From: Myxococcota bacterium
GTDB taxonomy: Bacteria; Myxococcota; XYA12-FULL-58-9; JABJBS01
DNA length: 20,785 nt
Assembly (NCBI GenBank): GCA_036339465.1
Contig: JAYZAY010000094.1
Location: 1-20,785 of the forward strand
Direction: 5' to 3'
The notes under the pieces are model-generated. The model saw only the letters and a program-made list of their open reading frames with translations. It was not told the DNA's origin and made no database searches. The position numbers and the translations under genes were made by a program. Each line of letters opens with the position of its first letter. The first letter of the stretch is position 1. Below, in pieces: positions 18,279 through 20,785 of the stretch.

Positions 18279-18764
18279 ATGATGATACCATCGGTTTTGC
18301 TCACATCGGTCCTTTTCACAGCGCCTAAGATTGGCGATACTGCACCCGATTTCACCATCAGTGATACGGCGGGCCTGTCCCACCAGCTCTCTAAGATGGT
18401 GCGTGAAGGTCCTGTAATCCTGGCATTTTTCCCCAAAGCTTTTACCGGCGGCTGAACGAAAGAACTCAAGGCGTACCAGGCTGGTTACGCGCAAATTCAA
18501 AAGTTAAAGGGCCAAGTTCTCGCCATTTCGGGCGACAAATTGGATACCATGAAAAAGTTCAAAGCTTCCCTTACGGCCGATTATCCGTTTATCGCCGATC
18601 CAGAGGGCCAGCTCCTCAAGCTCTTTGACGTCAAATACCCACTCTTTACGGTGGCCAAACGCATCACCTTTGTGATCGGTAAGGACCGGAAGGTTTTGAA
18701 GGTTTTTGAGGGGTCCAACGCCCTAGACCCCAACCACGCCATCAATGCCTGTATGAATTATTAG
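18279..18764 (+). CDS. Selenocysteine-containing peroxiredoxin (AhpC/TSA, BCP/PrxQ-like), 161 aa, TGA 18453-18455 read as Sec59
   Basis: Manual translation from ATG 18279 (GGAGG at 18268-18272): [161 protein letters not shown]. The TGA falls exactly at the peroxidatic Cys of PxxxTxxC, and the catalytic Arg128 is retained. The ORF track entry 18540..18764 is its C-terminal portion in the same frame. Confidence 0.9.
18471..18490 (+). promoter_or_regulatory. Putative bacterial SECIS element
   Basis: Hairpin GCGT-ACCA-[GGC]-TGGT-(T bulge)-ACGC begins 15 nt after the in-frame TGA. The apical loop starts with G, 23 nt after the codon. Confidence 0.7.
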
Positions 18765-19066
18765 GAGAATCCGTATTGTATCGGGAATTTACGAGGCACA
18801 CTAAAAAGAAAATAAGTGCCTTACTACCAGGGGAGAGCTCGGGCCACCAGAGTTCCAATCACGCTTACAAGAAGGACACTTGTTACCAACGCCCCCTAGA
18901 ATACTCCCCAAAAACCCAGATAAGCCAACTTGAGCCACAAACCCAATTTAACCTACCAGCTGGATTTCACTAAACAATCGCATATCGAGTGGTGTCTTTA
19001 GCCTTGAAGATGACAAACTGTTGACATATCAGACTCACCAGCACCCAAGAGAAATTCGGAGAAAAA

Positions 19067-20218
19067 ATGTCTAAAGTTGCATTGGTGATGGGCACACGAC
19101 CGGAAGCTATCAAACTAGCGCCACTGGTCAAAAAACTTGAACAAGCCGAAGATCTCAAAGGAATTGTCTGCAGTACGGGACAACATAAGCAAATGTTGGA
19201 ACAAGTGTTTAAGATATTCGATATCGAACCTGATTTCGACCTGGGCCTAATGCAACAAAACCAGACACTCACAGGTCTAACCTCGCGGGCGCTCACGACC
19301 CTCTCCCAACTCTTCCAAGAAGAAAAACCCGATATTGTAGTCGTTCAGGGCGATACGACAACCGCTTTTACCGGAGCGCTAGCAGCATTCTACCACAAGA
19401 TCCCAGTCGCCCACGTCGAGGCTGGATTACGAACCCATAACCTCCACTCTCCGTGGCCGGAGGAGGGAAACCGAAGCCTGATCGGTCGGCTCGCACAACT
19501 TCATTTTGCCCCGACTCAATGGAGTGCCAACAACCTACGCCAGGAAAACATCGCCGATAAAGACATCATCGTCACCGGTAATACGGTTATCGACGCGCTT
19601 CTTTACGTGCAGGAAAAACTGCAAAGCCAAGAGCTTACAATTGACGGAATTCCTTCGGAGGTTCTAAAGGGGAATGAACAACTAGTCCTTATCACCGGTC
19701 ATCGCCGCGAAAGCTTTGGAGATGGATTTAAAGATATCTGCAACGCCATCGTCAAACTGTCTGAGCGACACCCCGACACTCACTTTGTTTACCCCGTACA
19801 CTTGAATCCGAATGTGCGAAAACCGGTTTTTGATATCCTTGGCAATACAGCAAACCAAAACATCCACCTAATTAATCCACTCGAGTACGAACCTTTTGTT
19901 ATGATGATGCAACGCTCCACTCTTTTGTTGACCGATTCAGGTGGCGTTCAAGAAGAAGGTCCCAGCCTAGGAAAACCAGTACTCGTGATGCGGGAAACCA
20001 CCGAACGTCCCGAAGGAGTCGAAGCTGGAACCGTCAAGCTTGTGGGAACCGACTTCAACAACATCGTCGAAACGACAACCCAACTGTTGGAAGACCGCGA
20101 TGCGTATGAAGCCATGGCGAAAGTTAAAAATCCCTATGGCGATGGTAAGGCATCTGACCGAATTGTCGCTGAGATTCGCAGCTACTTGAACCCCACTTCC
20201 AAGAACACAAAAAACTAA
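19067..20218 (+). CDS. wecB: UDP-N-acetylglucosamine 2-epimerase (non-hydrolysing)
   Basis: Motifs MGTRPEAIKLAP, TGQH, VQGDTTT, HVEAGLR, PWPEE, TGNTVIDAL, TGHRRE, TDSGGVQEE, TERPEG and NPYGDG. Confidence 0.96.
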   Translation: MSKVALVMGTRPEAIKLAPLVKKLEQAEDLKGIVCSTGQHKQMLEQVFKIFDIEPDFDLGLMQQNQTLTGLTSRALTTLSQLFQEEKPDIVVVQGDTTTAFTGALAAFYHKIPVAHVEAGLRTHNLHSPWPEEGNRSLIGRLAQLHFAPTQWSANNLRQENIADKDIIVTGNTVIDALLYVQEKLQSQELTIDGIPSEVLKGNEQLVLITGHRRESFGDGFKDICNAIVKLSERHPDTHFVYPVHLNPNVRKPVFDILGNTANQNIHLINPLEYEPFVMMMQRSTLLLTDSGGVQEEGPSLGKPVLVMRETTERPEGVEAGTVKLVGTDFNNIVETTTQLLEDRDAYEAMAKVKNPYGDGKASDRIVAEIRSYLNPTSKNTKN

Positions 20219-20229
20219 CCCGGATTCTC

Positions 20230-20785
20230 ATGGTCCCCCCTCAAGAAAAGACACACCCCAACAAGACTGAAGACTCCGCACCACCGCAGCTTTATGAGTC
20301 AACCCTCACTCTACTAGAACACCTAAATTCACTCCAAGAGCCACTGACCAATCACGTGGACAATCTCTCCGATTACTTACATCAAATTGAGCGAGATCCT
20401 GCATGGAAAGTTTACGTCGGCTACCGACATTTTAAGCGATTTTTCATTAGAGGAAGTTTAAGGGAAAAGCGCCAATTTATCCGTTGGGCACTCGGAACCC
20501 TATGGAGCAGGCTCTTAAATCGCCCGAATAACAACCCCTTCAGCGAGAGCTTTAAGCTCCCCTACCCAAGCCCATTACTCCAAAGCCTGGCTTCCACATT
20601 GCATACCAATTCGATCCCAAAAAATCCGCAAGCACTTAGGCAGAACCTGGACAAACTAAATCACGGCTTCCAAAATATTCTCCAACACTCAAAACAAAGA
20701 AATACTATTCTTGACTCCGTCGAGACAGCCGAAATATACGAAGAGATTCGCCGCGTCGTTCAAGACAAAAAAGTCATTATTTTTA
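20230..20785 (+). CDS. Partial ORF running off the window end; possibly the N-terminus of a surface-polysaccharide protein (e.g. glycosyltransferase)
   Basis: Open frame from ATG 20230, 11 nt after the wecB stop, for at least 185 codons: MVPPQEKTHP...IERDPAWKVYVGYRHFKRFF...EEIRRVVQDKKVIIF. The function is inferred only from context. Confidence 0.55.
   Translation, partial: MVPPQEKTHPNKTEDSAPPQLYESTLTLLEHLNSLQEPLTNHVDNLSDYLHQIERDPAWKVYVGYRHFKRFFIRGSLREKRQFIRWALGTLWSRLLNRPNNNPFSESFKLPYPSPLLQSLASTLHTNSIPKNPQALRQNLDKLNHGFQNILQHSKQRNTILDSVETAEIYEEIRRVVQDKKVIIF

Noticed and set aside
18453..18455. Genome-wide UGA reassignment to Trp or Gly
   Set aside because: TGA terminates the glutaredoxin, PilZ and alpha/beta hydrolase genes at sensible lengths, and the other long genes have no internal TGA.
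18279..18764. Peroxiredoxin as a nonsense pseudogene, or a stand-alone 74-aa ORF at 18540..18764
   Set aside because: The only stop is TGA exactly at the catalytic Cys, a SECIS-like hairpin follows it, and both halves are intact. Sec recoding explains this better.

Overview
Gene-dense bacterial chromosomal window of mostly housekeeping and metabolic genes. The gene set (PilZ protein, glnS, Streptomyces/myxobacterial-like nrdAB) suggests a Myxococcota/deltaproteobacterium-like organism, but this is inference. In order: PhoD-family lipoprotein phosphatase (+), APC permease-USP fusion (-), long-chain acyl-CoA synthetase (+), class Ia ribonucleotide reductase nrdB and nrdA (-), pyrE, a Nudix hydrolase and glnS (-), ApaH-like metallophosphoesterase (+), PilZ protein (-), class II aldolase/adducin-family protein (+), alpha/beta hydrolase (-), a ROK kinase-glutaredoxin-CoA-binding protein-peroxiredoxin cluster (+), wecB (+) and an ORF truncated by the window end. 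The main discovery is a gene the ORF track misses: a 161-aa BCP/PrxQ-like peroxiredoxin at 18279..18764. Its peroxidatic Cys codon is an in-frame TGA (PKAFTGG-U-TKE), followed by a bacterial SECIS-like hairpin, so it is a probable selenoprotein and possibly exported. No rRNA, tRNA, CRISPR array or mobile element was recognised.
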